Source: Cetorhinus maximus (taxonomy: Eukaryota). From it: DNA of 64,000 nt. A program made the position numbers and the translations under genes. The stretch spans positions 49,538,001 to 49,602,000 of the forward strand of contig NC_135891.1 in assembly GCF_964194155.1 (NCBI RefSeq), written 5' to 3'. A model generated the notes under the pieces. It was not told the DNA's origin, did no database searches, and was given only the letters and a program-made list of their open reading frames with translations. Shown piece by piece: positions 37,069 to 51,257 of the stretch (within the stretch, counting starts at the first letter, position 1; each line of letters begins with the position of its first letter).

Positions 37069-40000
37069 TGATGCAATGGAGTTGGTTCCAATTGCAACAC
37101 ATTCATCTGCACTGAAAGAGCCCAGTTAGCTGACCTCACACTTCTCTGCCCTACTGCTTCAGTCATGGCCAGTACCATGAACACAATGATCTCCTGGTCC
37201 TCCAGGCATTACCTGATGTTCCTGTGCATTGGGAGCTATTTTCTCCTGTAACAGAAATAAATCATTTTACTGGTGTTTAACATTTTGATGGTCTTCCTTT
37301 CAATGTTAATAATTGTTATGCTATTGAAATGGAATTTTGACAGGTGTGTGAGAATATAACATGAAATGAGATGTATAAGAAGACAGATATGGATAGATAC
37401 ATGAGAACACAGGTAATTTGGAGGAACCTAGCCGATAGGGTGACTGCAGTTATTAATTCCTTGCTCACTGTGGTACCTCACAGGGGAATGCTAGAATGCT
37501 TGTGGAACCCTTGGCTCTGTGGCTATGTTATACTAATCAGTTGTGAAACTGCTGTAGCACCAAACTTAGCTGCTGTTGTCAAATTATTGGGCTTTTGCAA
37601 CACAAGAGGGTGTCCTGCTGGTTAAATGCCAATGTTACTCTTTTTGAATAACTTCCATAGTGCAGTTTGCAGGCTTCTTGGCTCAAACCCTAGAAGATGA
37701 ATCCATTCCCTGCCTCATTATGCATAGGAGATGCTGCAACTCATTTTCAAGAAAATTAACTGATTTTCTTTTACTTCTATATTTCAGCTGGTGTGGGGGT
37801 GGGGGGCGGGAGGTGCTGACTCTCTAAATGCCTTCAAGAAGGAGTTAGGCCAGTTCCTGGCAGGACAGAGATCCCATCCTTTAGAAGGTAAATGTTTTTA
37901 CAGATAATGCTTGACCCAATGATCTCCTGGACAGGTTTGATCACCTGAGGGGGTTGGAGAGTAAGTTTTCAGAGCATTTTGTCCCCAGATTTTGCCTCTC
38001 CCAGATTACATGGCTATAGGTCGTGACGGGAGCTAGGGGTAATGATAGGTGGAATTTAGTGAGTGCATTGGGGCCTCATCCACTGGTTGGAAAACCGGTG
38101 AGAGCCCTGCATCGCTTCTTTCCAGGTGGTGCAATACAACTACCAGGCAACGATGCATAGCTGGACAGTGTCAGACCTCCCACTCGATTAAACCCCCAGT
38201 GGTGGGGGAGTCCCATCCCTGGGACCTGCCAGCCAATCAGAGGCCACCAGCTCTCCAGTAGGTGAGCACTGCCAGTACTACACTCCGGCCTAAAGGAGGG
38301 ATCAGCCATGGATCCCTAGATGGAGGTGAGTGCAGTTGGGATGGGAGTCATAGGGACAGCATGCCTGTGAATGAGGGATCCCCTGGTAGGCTGCTGGAAA
38401 ACCTGACAGGTTTTGCTGAGCGGTCTCCCTGGATACTGAATCCCTTGCCTACCATTGTGGGCTGAGGCCATTAAGTGGCTGTTTATGGACCTTCACTGGC
38501 ATCCAGGCAGGTGTTACAACAAAGATGCATTGCAAATCATGCAGATCAGCCGACCCAGGATTTCTGTCAGGGTCAGTGCCTATGCATAAGAGTGAATTTG
38601 TGACCCACAACACAGTACATCCAGCAGCAGTTAGCCAACATTAGGATTCCAGGCCTTGCAGCCCTGGTTCACACGTGGAGAATGAGGGCAACTAATGACC
38701 CCAGAAATGTAACTGGGAAAGAGTTATTACATTCAGGAGATAAGGAAGAAAATAAAAGCGTAGAGGAAGGACAAAAAAAATGCTGAGAAAAGCTTTATTA
38801 CAATTTTAGTAGGGTTGTTTCTTCTAAAACTCTTTAAAATCCCTGTTATTATACAGAATATACTCTGGATAAATACTGAATGTTTTCCAATACACAGACC
38901 TCATCTCAGCTCTGAAATGTATAATGAAAAAATAGATTACTACTGCAATTTTCTCAATGCCATTTTAATTCACTCTTCACCAAGCCATTGGCTTTATTCC
39001 ACATCTCTCATTAGACTGAGTTAATACTTGAGATGCTTTATGTGCGAGGGGTGGTTAATTATGCCAGCAATGCATGGACTCAGAACACTTCAAACACCCA
39101 GAGAAGTTCAGTGCTTGACACGTGTCAACTCGAACGTCAGAAGGCCAGTTTACCTGATTATTTTTTCTATTTTTCACAAGAAAGGTGAGTCTGCCCAATC
39201 ATGTATTCCATTATAAGAGCGGCTGATCCTGCTTGCAGTCTGTACTTTACAGGCAGATCTTTAATAAACAATGTATGTTATCTCAACGTGATAATTAAAT
39301 CCAGATGCAAGATCAAAATAATCAACATGAGGGGAAACTAAAAACATGACATGTAATTTACAATACCTTATATGATTTATACAAACTGTTGGAAATGCCT
39401 AATTAAATGTGTTTTTGTTTTTTATGCTTTTTGGCATCCATATCTCATTTTGAAATTTTGCCTCAGAGGATGGAAAGCAACTGTGCTAAAATAAGGAAAA
39501 GAGGCTCAAATTTATTCTTTGCAGCTGAGAATTGTTGCCATTTTTATTAAAACTAGTCATGTTTTGTCAGCCTAAACATTACGGAGGGCCTTTCTAAGTG
39601 TAAAATTGACAGACATTATTGCAGCTGATTTTTTAGAGAAATTAATTCACTATACACAAGAGTACATTGATATATATGTGTTTCCTTATCACTGAGGTTT
39701 CTGCAACTCTGCGACTTACCGAGCTCCGGACATTTGGTTTTGCTGTTGGAATTGTCTCCCAACATGGAAACTTAAGAACCCATGAAAAATTGAAATCTCT
39801 GTCTCTCCATACCTTAGCAGCAGAGGATATGCTGTTCAAACTCAAACATAGGTGATGACCATCAGTGGTACCATGCGGTCCTGTCTAGTGTGTAGCAGTA
39901 CACTTTCGTTAATATCTTTCACTCGTGTGCAATAGGATTTCTTTGTTGACATTTGGATGAATAAAAGCATGTCATAAAAAATCAATAGCATGAGATTACA

Positions 40001-40279
40001 TATTGTCTTTATAAGCTGGTGATCATGGCAAAAATTATGCCAACTTTGAGAACGCTGCCATTTTAAGTATGGCGTATGGAAATTATCAGTTGATCTGATG
40101 AGAAAAAAAACTATCCTGACTTACCATCCAAATTCTGATTTTAGAAACAAACCAAAATTGCTACATAATTAAAATCATTTTGCATAGAATTCAAACACTG
40201 ATCTTTGGACACTGAATGCCAGGGTCTGTATTACAAAACTATTGTTTCAAACACTATTCACTAATATAACATGAAGATG

Positions 40280-40681
40280 GGGCTGGATTTTACGGGCCAC
40301 TCATGGGTGGGAAAGCAGGCTGGTGAACCCATGAAATAGGATAGTGTGCCATCAGCAGCGTGCCTGCTGCCAAACCACCCACCCCAGCCATGGTGGGGGA
40401 TGCATGGGTGGATCACCCACCCACCACTTATGGGCCTCATCCTGCTGCTGCTCAGATTTACTGGGTAGTGGGAGAGGCCTGAGTCCAATGTGCAGTTGGG
40501 AAGGTTTGTCCCTGTGAACTGTTGGCCAGTGAAAGGGGGGTTTCCAGGTCTCCAGTATCAATTGGAGGCCCCCTCCTGCCACAGCTTCCCTCTGTGTTCA
40601 CCCTCCCCTGGGGTATGGGGAGCCTACACTTAGCTCTTAATCCAGCCCATGTTATCCAACCCACTTTTTTGAAAATTGGGC
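40280..40681. mobile_element. Degenerate Harbinger-type MITE
   Basis: Starts gggctggatttt, ends gaaaattgggc. ATG on both flanks. Confidence 0.55.
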
Positions 40682-42388
40682 ATGAGATTCAATGCAATGT
40701 CAAAATTTGGAAACAGAAAAACCAAACAGCATTAAGTAAAAGAAAAATGTGCAGGGTTATGGGGAAAGAGCAGGGCATCGGGTCTATTTGGATGGCCATT
40801 GCAGATGAAAGAGGCTGAATGGCCTCTTTCATGGCAGTACAAGTTGGTACTGCAATGTGCTCCCAGGCTATTGAGATGTTGATTTCTGTTTCTTTGCTGC
40901 ACATGGCAGAGATGGAAGTCAAGCATCTCCAGGCACTGGGCAGAAGAAGAATCAAGTAGAGAGCTATGACTAGCTGATGGTTCTACACCACCTTGTGATC
41001 AGCTAAGAACACTTTAAAGAGATCTGACGATGATCACTTCTTGTTTGTCTTACAGTTTTATCATGTAAGTTCTACCTATAGGCTCTGTTATACAGTGCTC
41101 TTGCTTTATTTTGTTTTCCATTTCAAAAACATGACAATGTTTTAATGAACTCCAATCATTGACAAAATATGGATAAAATTCACAGCCCGCCTGTGTTATT
41201 ATGGCTTATTCCCCACACAAGGCACTCCAGATCATGTTACACAAAGCTCGCTCTAATTTACAGCAAGAATACGATTTAACCCCAATTTTAAACAAGTCTC
41301 AAACGAATACAGAAAATTTTGGAAATGCCTGTCAAAGCAGATTAGACATCTGACAAAAATACGTTCGCATTTCAAGGGAGACCTTTTATTTGGTTAGAAT
41401 TTTTTTCACTGGTAAGTTGGTCGATCTGCTATGATTTCTATCATTTTATGCTTCTGAAATGCTGAAATTTCCAGCACTCAGTATTTTTTTTTTACTGTTC
41501 ATCAGCCTCAGGTTGGCAGCTTGCCACCCGGTTGCAAAACTGGTGTTGCTGGTTGATTGTCCATTACAAAGATCGCCCAGTTTTCAGTTCTATAATGGGA
41601 ACCCAATTTGCAACTTGGTACCAAAATTAAAAACCTGCATCCTCCTCTGCTCCATCAGTATAACTAACCTATTTCTATATCCTAGCCTGTCTGAATAATT
41701 CTGCCAAATTATGGACTTTATGGCAGTCCAAATTTATTTCACCAATGACCTCACAAGGGTAGATCATGAGAAGATCATTGTGGAAGCTATATTTGAACTT
41801 TGATCTGAGATGCACCATGCTGTAAACTGTTGCTTCAGCTGGTCCCTGAATCTTTCCACTTCAGTCCCCCTTAAGAAAGGATCTAGAGTGACCTATAACC
41901 AATTTAGTTTATTAGCAAATTGATAAAATTCATACTTGCCAAAAAATTAGGATCTCAATATTTTCTTTATTCAATTTTCACCACCTCACATCTTCATTAT
42001 CAGGTGAAGTATGTACCTCCAAGCTCCCCCTCAGAGTTGAAAAGAAATGGACGGTGTCTATAAAGTACTTGACCTGTCAGTGACACAAAAGATTCCAGAA
42101 CCCATGTTGACTTACACATGTAGAAGAGCTTCTTTGTGAATTTGAGAAATAAGGGGCTGAAGACTAGAATAATTCCCTAATTAGATATGGTAAAGTTGGA
42201 TACAGAACAAACTTCCTTTTGTTCTATCCCAACCATATATCTTGGGGATGTGGATCCAGTGTAGTTTGGATGGATAATGGGCAGGATTTTGATGGATAGT
42301 TGGATTTTTTTTTATGGTTGAAGCCTTATCTAAATAGGACAGACAAGGTAGCAGTGCTAATCGTTAGGAAATAGAGATAGTTTAAGTA

Positions 42389-43643
42389 TGTTATATTTGT
42401 ATTTGTGGATGTTAGGAATGAGTTTTATCTTTAAAGTTTAAGTTTGATTTGTTTTTCTATATCTGTGTGTTAAAAAAGATCAAATGAAGTTTTAGTTCCA
42501 CTTTAAAAGGTTGTTTGCATTTCTAACAACGAATGTACAACTGCTATAAGGTAAAGGTAAACACACAAGAGTAGAAAAACTGTGCTGTTGCTAGCAACAG
42601 GAGGGGGCAGATAGGCAGGTTCCTCCCACAGACATACACACAGAACTAAAGAAACAACAGTTTTAAGTTCAGTTGAAGCCAGGACCCCAGAGAGACTGGA
42701 CACTGGGAGAGGGAACTGCAGATTTCCCAAAAGAACAAAAAGGGCCCAAGTGAAGAAAAGCCCCAAAAATCCAGGAGAGTGGAAGAGGGGAAAGTCCAAA
42801 GGAGACCTTGTAGTCAAAGGAAGGACAGGAACCTGAGAAAAGGTCCTGTTAAATGAAGTTAAGAGTGAGGGGCAGAGGGAAAGGCTCCAAGCTTCATAGT
42901 TAGAGTGAGAAAACTTGCAAGAAGCAAGAAGGTTCAAAGAGACAACTGAAGACTTGTAATTCTTTGCTATGGGCATACGAAGCAGTGGTGTACTGTTAAG
43001 GCTGAGTTGGTGAGACAGAGTGCATGGAAGACAGCTTGAATGCATGCGGTGACCCAGGGAAGAGGAACATCAGAAGGAGAATTTGAAACCCTGGAGGTAA
43101 ACCCTTGTGAAAGTTGTCCAGGAGAAAGCATCAGTTTGGGTGAAGATTCCAAGGCGAGGCTTGGAGAGTGGAGATTGGAAACCCTCGTGCGAAGGATGGA
43201 ATTCCATGAGACTGGCTGTCTGATGGTGTGACAAGCGTCTGGGGGAAGTTGAGATCCATAGCATCTGGTTGAGGTAACACCTGTCACTTGAGGCCAGAGT
43301 GTGGTGTGTCTGACCACAGGGCACCATAGGTTTACATGGACTGGGTACTTACTGTGTACAGTAAAGTGTAAGAAAGCTTTTGTGACTTGTGTTATCCTTA
43401 CAAATATGTATATACCTGTAAAGGTATACTTTTGGGTGAAGGAGCATTGTAATATAGTTAATCTTTTCTTGTTGAATAAATGCTTTATTCTTTTGTAAAA
43501 AGTTAATTGGCTGACTCCTGTGACTCTGTTCAGTAGCTACTCTCCACATAATTAAACAAAAATAAAAGTTAGGATCTATCAGGCTGGGTTCCACCCTGGG
43601 ATCAGGCTTGTCCAGGGGGTAATCTCAGTGGGAGATCGTAACA
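42389..43643 (+). mobile_element. Probable solo LTR (Gypsy-type)
   Basis: TGTTAT...GTAACA termini, purine-rich body and two AATAAA near the 3' end. No matching TSD found. Confidence 0.6.
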
Positions 43644-45221
43644 TAACCATGTTGCTTATAGGCAGCTTGTTACCTGGCAGGGCAATAAATCAGCTATGGC
43701 TAGAATGAAGTAGCTCTGCATGAAATGTATCTGCAGCAACACTTTAAAGAGGAAGGCTAAAAATATCAAGAGATCAATGCAGCAGATTTAAGTTCACAAG
43801 GAAATTACAGAACACCAAGCAGCAAGGGATTAAATTTACAGAAGCATTTTAAACCTAAAAACCCCAAAAAAGAATAAAGAAAAAGTTATTGCCAAATTCT
43901 CTTGTAGGTTTACCTTTAGCTTATGATCCTGCATCACTATTCCATCCAAAGCTACAGAGCATTGAGTAGAGCTCTTTAATGGAATCAGAATATAACTTCA
44001 TATATAATTTAAAAGCTAACCTGATGTTCAATATTGTGAATTCATATAGTTTAAAAGTAGCCAGTAAGTGCTGGAAGCTGAAATATCAACTAAGTTCTTC
44101 AAGGGACCACCAAAAGCAACAAAGATTATAAATATATGTGAAAAATGAACAGTTTTGAAGAGCAGGTATCAGGTCCCCTGTGGACATCCATTCAGAAAGC
44201 TTCAAACTGCCTTGTTTCTGCTTTAAGGTTTATTCGCAATTCAGCACTTACCTTTTCTCCTAGAATCAGCCAGCCAATTGAGCAAATGGTTACCGAAAGT
44301 GATGCAGGTGAGAAAATCTAAATCACTGTAATGGGCTGACATCAAGGTGCATTTTATTTATCACTGAACATACCTGATGGGCCCTCATTCCTTTAAAGTG
44401 AAAAAACAGTGGCAGGAAATTGGGTTATATAAATCAGAGAGCATTGGAAAGTAAAGCTTGGATACCAGCACTTTCTTTGAATGAGCTGTTTTCCTTTGGT
44501 TCATGATGTATTGCTTTTGCTTCACATATTTACATCTGCTAATTCAGCATTGCAACACTAGTTAACTATAACCCCCCTGTCTAAGCTACTCACATATATC
44601 AGCTGTTTTCTATTAGTGTGTATCAGGAGTTAATCCATGCTTGGACAAATATTCTCTTTAAAGTAATATTCTCATTAATAGGGTGCCTATTAGCTGATGC
44701 ATATTCTAAAAAAAAACACCTGGTGTTCATTATAGTGAGCTGGCGATATCCCTTTGAGATTTCTAACTGTAACTTAGCCTAACAGATAATAACCAGTCTT
44801 TATAGTCAACACCAAGTGCATAAAGTGAAAATCTAGAAGCCACATGCCAGCATCATGCATTATTTTTAATTGTCAAAATAAGCTCTCAGATGTTGCTACA
44901 GGAATGAGAGGGGGAGAAAAATCAGATCAAAATATTTATGTCACTTTGAATTTGTTGAGGGAAACAAATTCAATACAGTCCTGACATCTTTTGGCATAAA
45001 TATCATCAATATCAGAATACAGCTGAAATTTGAGTGGTCAAAAAACTCCTCTCATGAGCAGCAAATCAAATACTGGTCACAATCAATCAATATCCATACA
45101 ATGACTTGAATGCAAAATTTGCTAAAACTCAATGTTCTGTCAGCTTGAAAGTGAAAGGCTGAAGTTCACATTTTTATCCCTCAACTGTCTTGTTGATTTT
45201 GCAGTATATTGGCTTTGGTTC

Positions 45222-46960
45222 AACATAGAATCATAGAAAGTTTAGAAAGAGGCTACTTGGCACATTGTGTTTGTGCAGCTGAAAAATGAGCCACCCAGCC
45301 TAATCCCACTTTCCAGCATTTTGTCTGTTGTGCTGCAGGTTACTGCACTTGAGGTGCATACCTAGACACCTTTTCAATGAGTTGAGGGTTTCTGCCTCTA
45401 CTACCCTTTCAAGTAGTGAGTTCCAGATCGCCATAACTGTCTGGGTGAAAAAACTTTCACTCATCTCCCCTCTAATCTTTCTACCAATCACTTTGAACCT
45501 ATGCCCCCTAGTTACTGACCTCTCTGCTAAATTAAATCGGCCTTTTCCATCGACTCTATCCAGGCCTCTCACAATGTATATAAACAAAAAACTACTGCGG
45601 ATGCTGGAAATCCAAAACAAAAACAGAACCACCTGGAAAAACTCAGCAGGTCTGGCAGCATCGGCGGAGAAGAAAAGAGTTGACGTTTCGAGTCCACATG
45701 ACCCTTCAACAGAACTGAGTATAATTAGGACCCCTCTCCTAACTATACTCAGTTCTGTTGAAGGGCCATGTGGACTCGAAACGTCAACTCTTTTCCTCTC
45801 ACAATGTTGTACATTTCAATCAAATCCCCCCTCAGCCTCCTCTGTTCCATGGAGAACAACCCCAACCTATCCAATCTTTCCTCATAGCTGCAACTTTCCA
45901 GTCCTGGCAACATCCTCATAAATCTCCTCTGTACCCTCTCTAATGCAATTTCATTTTTTTCTGTAATGAGGTGACCAGAACTGCACACAGTAAAGTTCTG
46001 GCCTAACTAATGTTTTATATTGTTCCAGCATAACCTCCCTGCTCTTATATTCTATTCTTCGGCTAATAAAGGAAAGGATTCCACATGCCTTCTTAACCAC
46101 CTTATCAAACTGTCCTGCTACTTCAGGGATCTGTGGACATTCACTCCAATGACCCCCACTTCATCCACACCTCTCAGTACCCTCCCATTTATTGTGTAAT
46201 CATTTGCCTTGCTTGACCTCCCAAAATGCATCACCTCACACTTCTCCAGGTTGAATCCCATTTGCCACTTTTCCTCCCACCTGACCTGTTCATTAAAATC
46301 TTCCTGCAGTCTACAGGAATCCTCCTCGCTATCTACCGCACAACCAATTTATGTGTCATCTGCAAATTTCTTGATCTTTCCCCCTACATTTACATCCAAA
46401 TCATTAGTATGTACCACAAAAAGCAGGGGACCTACTACTGAGCCCTGCAGAACCCCTTTGGAAATAACCTTCCAGTCGCAAAAACATCCATCAACCATTA
46501 CCCTTTGTTTCCTGCCATTGAGCCAATTTTGTATCCAGCTTGCTACATTTCCCTGGATCGCATGGGACTTTTTAAAAAAACCAGTCTGTCATGTGGGACC
46601 TTGTCAAAAGCCTTGATAAAATCCATGTAGACTACATCAACTGCACTACCCTCATCAATCCTCTTTGTTACCTCCTCAAAAAATTCAATCAAATTAGACA
46701 GACACAACCTTTCCTTAACAAGTCCATGCTGACTGTCCTTAAGTAACCCATGCCTTTCTAAGTGACAGTTTATCCTGTCCCTCAGAATTGATTCCAATAA
46801 TTTGCCCATGACTGAGGTCAGACTGACTGGCTTGTAATTATCCTGTCTATCCCTCACTACCTTTTTTAACAAAGGTACAACATTAGCAGATCTCCAATTC
46901 TCCAGCACCTCACTTATATCCAGTGAGGATTGGGAAATGATGGTCAGAATTTTATATTCC
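45222..46960 (-). mobile_element. CR1 LINE, 5'-truncated, interrupted by a Penelope mini-insertion
   Basis: WRSANVVPLLKK...NYKPVSLTSVMGKLLE...YMDFIKAFDKVPH and LERVQRRFMRMLPG...RLRGDLIEMY. Tail catagaatcatagaa equals (ttctatga)n on the minus strand. Confidence 0.95.
45578..45794. mobile_element. 217-bp palindromic Penelope-derived insertion
   Basis: Perfect 13-bp TSD cctctcacaatgt (45565-45577, 45795-45807). Arms 45673-45730 / 45737-45794. Hammerhead-like motifs at 45678-45716 (-) and 45751-45789 (+). Confidence 0.92.
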
Positions 46961-47050
46961 ACCTGCTGCAGTGGGATTTGAACCCATGTCTCCAGAGCAT
47001 CAGTCTGGGCCCCTGAATTACTAGCCCATTGACATTAGCACTACGTTGCT
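46960..47050 (-). mobile_element. tRNA-derived SINE head
   Basis: Minus strand contains the Pol III B-box gggttcaaatcccact. Confidence 0.6.
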
Positions 47051-48759
47051 TCCCACGGCATAAAGTTGGGTTCTGATGATGTACATACAGATGAAATATT
47101 AACTTATCTTGTTATGAATGGCTACTGACTGCTCTGAATTCCCAGCATTTGCTGTTTGTACTCTTCAGTGTGGACAACCCAAAAGCAACTTCACTGCCAT
47201 ATCAACATATCCAAAAGTCTACTACCTGCTTTAGGTGGCTGCCAGATGCCTGAAAAACAACCTGACAAAATATCCAGTTGGCAGTTTTTCAGGCATGTTT
47301 GAAGTACATAAAATTGCTCCCCAAAATCAACTCTCTTTGTGCCCATTTGAGATCATAAATTTGGTGAAATAAGATCCAATTTAAGTCAATGCTCCCTCTT
47401 CATTGATTCAACAGGGTCAGTTTGACTTTGCACATTAGTGGATAATGAGTGAAGTAAGTCACTATTTAAATCAGGCACGATGTAGAACAGACTGCCAATT
47501 CGCTATCATCTACAAAACATTATCTCACAAAGTTAAAATTACCCCCACATTCTTTCACCGTAATCTTTAAGTTGCTACAAAGACAGATTTGAACATTTTA
47601 AGACTCAGATTCCATCCCTCATCCCAACCTTCTCTGTTTCAAAGGAAAAAGGCCATTTTTCACCCTTTCTTCAAAGCTAGCACCTCTTATTTTTGGTTTA
47701 ATGTTTGTAAGTCTTTGCTGGACCCTATGATTCCTATAACAGAATGACCAGAACTGCACACAGCTCACCTACCTTTCCTCAGATTACCAATGAAATTTCT
47801 AGTGGCTCTCTGCTGACAATTTTATCCATTCCCCGACTTTCTCCTCTCCTCTTCTGAAGGCATAGGCATTGCCAAGTAATCATTCTCTATGACAGAGCCT
47901 GGAGGATGAATGTTCAAGGACTATTCAGAATGAGTGGACACACACCCAAGTCACATCATTTCTTTAGCAACAGCCAAATTGATGCAGTTTTTCAACAAAA
48001 CTTATGTTTCTGTGAGGCAAAAAATGTATTGGAAAAATACAGAATCCACTGTATAACTGCACTAAAAGTCACTAACATTGCACAGCAAAACTTAGCAGGA
48101 ATTTATATAAGAGTTGATCACTGGACTGTTGCTTCACGAATGATTAGCTCAACTCTTATCCTTGCTGATAGGTATTTCTAGTATAGTTATGGACAGTTCA
48201 ATTTCTCTATTTGATTATATCTTCATTATATCTTTTAGACTCATGCATTCTGCTTACTGACAAAGGGGAACTAATACCAATTAAATAAATTATTTCTTGC
48301 TGAAGCAGTAGGCATGTATCACTTATTGAGCCTGTTTGGTAAGTCAGATCTTATTCAATAAAATTCAGATAATGCACTAAATCTGTGCATTTCTCTGGTG
48401 GCTAATCATGGGACCTTTAAAAGCACAAACTATCAGAGTGTTGAAGGGAACCCTATGGAGTTGAGAAAACCCAATGATTTACCTCTATTCTTGGATTCAT
48501 GTTGGGAAACAAGTTTGACACCTTAGGAAAAGCTGTTGTCCTCCTGGAATTTTCAGCATTCACATTTCAACATCAGGCCATCTGGTCAGGTAGTCAGCTC
48601 ACTCAGAGGTAAAGTAGGTGAATTTCATTCACACTTGGTGTAGATACATGATCTTTGTGCTCATTAGACAGGTTGCTGTGACAGAAGAGGTTACATCTGA
48701 TGTAGGAGCTTGGGCCTAGAAATTTAGGCACTCCCATTTTTGGGCTCACAGGAAGCCCA

Positions 48760-50966
48760 ACATACATTTCCTCACCCATCGACAGAACAGACCCACCAGA
48801 AATGGTGGCACAGCAGTATACAGTCAGGCCAGAGTGGCCTGAAAAACCATGAATTCTCATGGCATCAGGTCAAACATGAGCAAGAATTAACACCAAACAT
48901 GGGCTATGATGACCACCTACTGCCCTCAATCAGCTGATGAGTCAGCACTCCTCCATGTTGAACACCACTTGGAAGAAGCACAGAGGGTAACAAGGGCACA
49001 GAATGTACACTAGGTGGGGTCCTCAATGTCCATCAACAAGACTTGGTCAGTAGCACCTCTACTGACCAAGCTGGCCAGGTCCTGAATGCTTAACCATCCA
49101 AGCTGGCCTGCAGCAGTTGTTCAGAGGACCAATATGAGGGAAAAAAATACTTGATCTCATCCTCACCAATCTACATGTCACAGGTGAATCTGTTTGTGCC
49201 AGTATTGGTAAGAATGGCAACCAAGAGACAAAGTTCCATCTCCACACTGAGGATACCCTCCATTATGTTGTGTGATACCACCACTGTAGTAAATAGGATG
49301 AATTCTGAACAGATCTAGCAGCTCAAAACTGAGCCTCCATGTGAGTCATGTGGGCTATCAGCACAAGCGGAATTATATTCCACCAGGACCTAGAATATCC
49401 CTCACTAACAATACGATCAAACAAGGGCATTAGCCATCGTTCAATGAAGAGTATGCCAGGAGCAGCACCAATTGTACCTAAAAATGAGGTACCAATCTGG
49501 TAAAGCTACAACACAGAGCTACATGCATGCTAAATAGTGGAAGCAGAATGCTAGACAGAGCTAAGTGATCCCACTACCAATGGATCTGATTAAAGCTCTG
49601 CATTCCTTCGACATTCACTCATGAATGATGGTGGACAAGTAAACAACTAACAGAAGGTGGCACTTTGTGAACATCCCATTCTCAATGATAGTGGAGACCA
49701 ACATTTCAATGCAAAAAATAAGGCTGAATCATTTGCAACTATCTACAGGCAGAAATGTCAAGTTAATGATCAATCTCAATCTCCTTCTGAAGCCAGCCTT
49801 CAGCCAATTTGATTCACCCGTGTGGTTTCAAGAAACAGCCAAGTGCAATGTATGCAGCTAAGACTATGGGCCACACCAATATCCTGGCTGTGGTGCTGAA
49901 CACTTGTGCTCCAGAACTAACTGTGCCTTTAGTAAAGCTTTCTAGTATAGCTACAACACTGACATCAACCTGACAAAGTGGAAAATTGCCCAGATATGTC
50001 CAGCCCATAAAAAGTAGCACAAATCCATTCTGGCCAATTATCCCACCATCAGTCTGTTCTCGATCATCAGGAAGGGGTCATTGACTGGGCTATAAACCAG
50101 CTCAGTTTGGTTTCCCCAGGACAACTCCACTCCATACCAAGTGTGACTTCAATGAATCAGAATGAAATTGAAGTCAATGGGAATCAGAGAGAAAACTCTC
50201 CGATGGCTGGTGTCAAAACTAGCACAAGAGAAGGTTGTGATTGTTAGAGGCCAACCACCTCACGCCCAGGACATTTTCTTAGGATAGTAAATTAGGCCCA
50301 AACAACTTCAGTTGCCTCATAAATGACATTCTCTCTATAATAAGACTAGAGTTGGGGATGTTTGCTGATGATTACACCTGTGTTCACTACCATTTGCATG
50401 TTCTTAGATTATGAAGCAATCCGTGCCAGCATGCGGCAAAACCTGGACAACATTCAGCTTTGAGCTGATACACTGCAAGTAACATTCATGTCACACAAGC
50501 GTCAGGCAGAGATCTTTTCTAACAAGAGAAAACCTAACCACCTCCCCTTAATATTCAAGGTATTACCGTTGCCGCAACCCCCACCATCAACATCCTGAGG
50601 ATCGCTATTGACCAGAAACATATCTGGACCAGCGACATAAATTCTGTGGCTACAAGAGCAAGTCAGAGGCTGGGAATTCTGAAGCGAGTATCTTACCTCC
50701 TGAATCCCAAAAGCCCGTCCACCATCTACAAAACACAAGGCTAGAGTGTAATGGAATACTCTCCACTTATGGATGATTGCAGTTCCAATAGCACTAAAGA
50801 AGCTCAACATCATCTAGGTCAAAACAGCCCACTTGATTGGCCACCACCTTAAACATTCACTCCCTCCATCACCAGCACACAGAGGCAGCACTACCACCTT
50901 CTTAAAGAGTGGGCAATAAATACTGAACTTGCCAGTGACAGCCACACCCCACGATCAAGTAAAAAC
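48760..50966 (+). mobile_element. Second-lineage LINE, heavily decayed endonuclease plus RT
   Basis: Collinear with the reverse complement of 30965-32512 (aagactatgggcc..., tttgctgatgat, aacattcactccctcc, gggcaataaatact tail). Upstream EN motif LDLILTN. Confidence 0.88.
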
Positions 50967-51257
50967 AGAAGAATTGTCCAAGGGGATGGAGGCTGTTTAT
51001 CTGGCCTTCACAAACAGCACATCAGTTATTCATATATAAAGCTGTCAGGGGCAGGCATGTACAATTTCCCATGTAGTTGCCTTGAAGAGATCCTGACACC
51101 TAGAAACTGAGACTTGTGCTCACTTTCACTGCCACCCTTTGCTGCAGCATGACTACACATCAGTTTCAAGCTCACAGTACAATCCTCTCACGATCTCCAT
51201 CCAGAAGCAATATCCCAAGGCAGTGCATTTAAAATTAATTTCACATCTATAACTTGA

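Noticed and set aside
42503-43327. Minus-strand ORFs of 180, 116 and 85 aa
   Set aside because: Antisense of a purine-rich LTR-like sequence; no domain motifs.
45300-45988. ORFs of 110, 197 and 79 aa
   Set aside because: Sense and antisense frames of CR1 plus the Penelope insertion.
48600-48720. Possible seventh Myb/SANT relic split by the LINE
   Set aside because: Too degenerate to support by eye.
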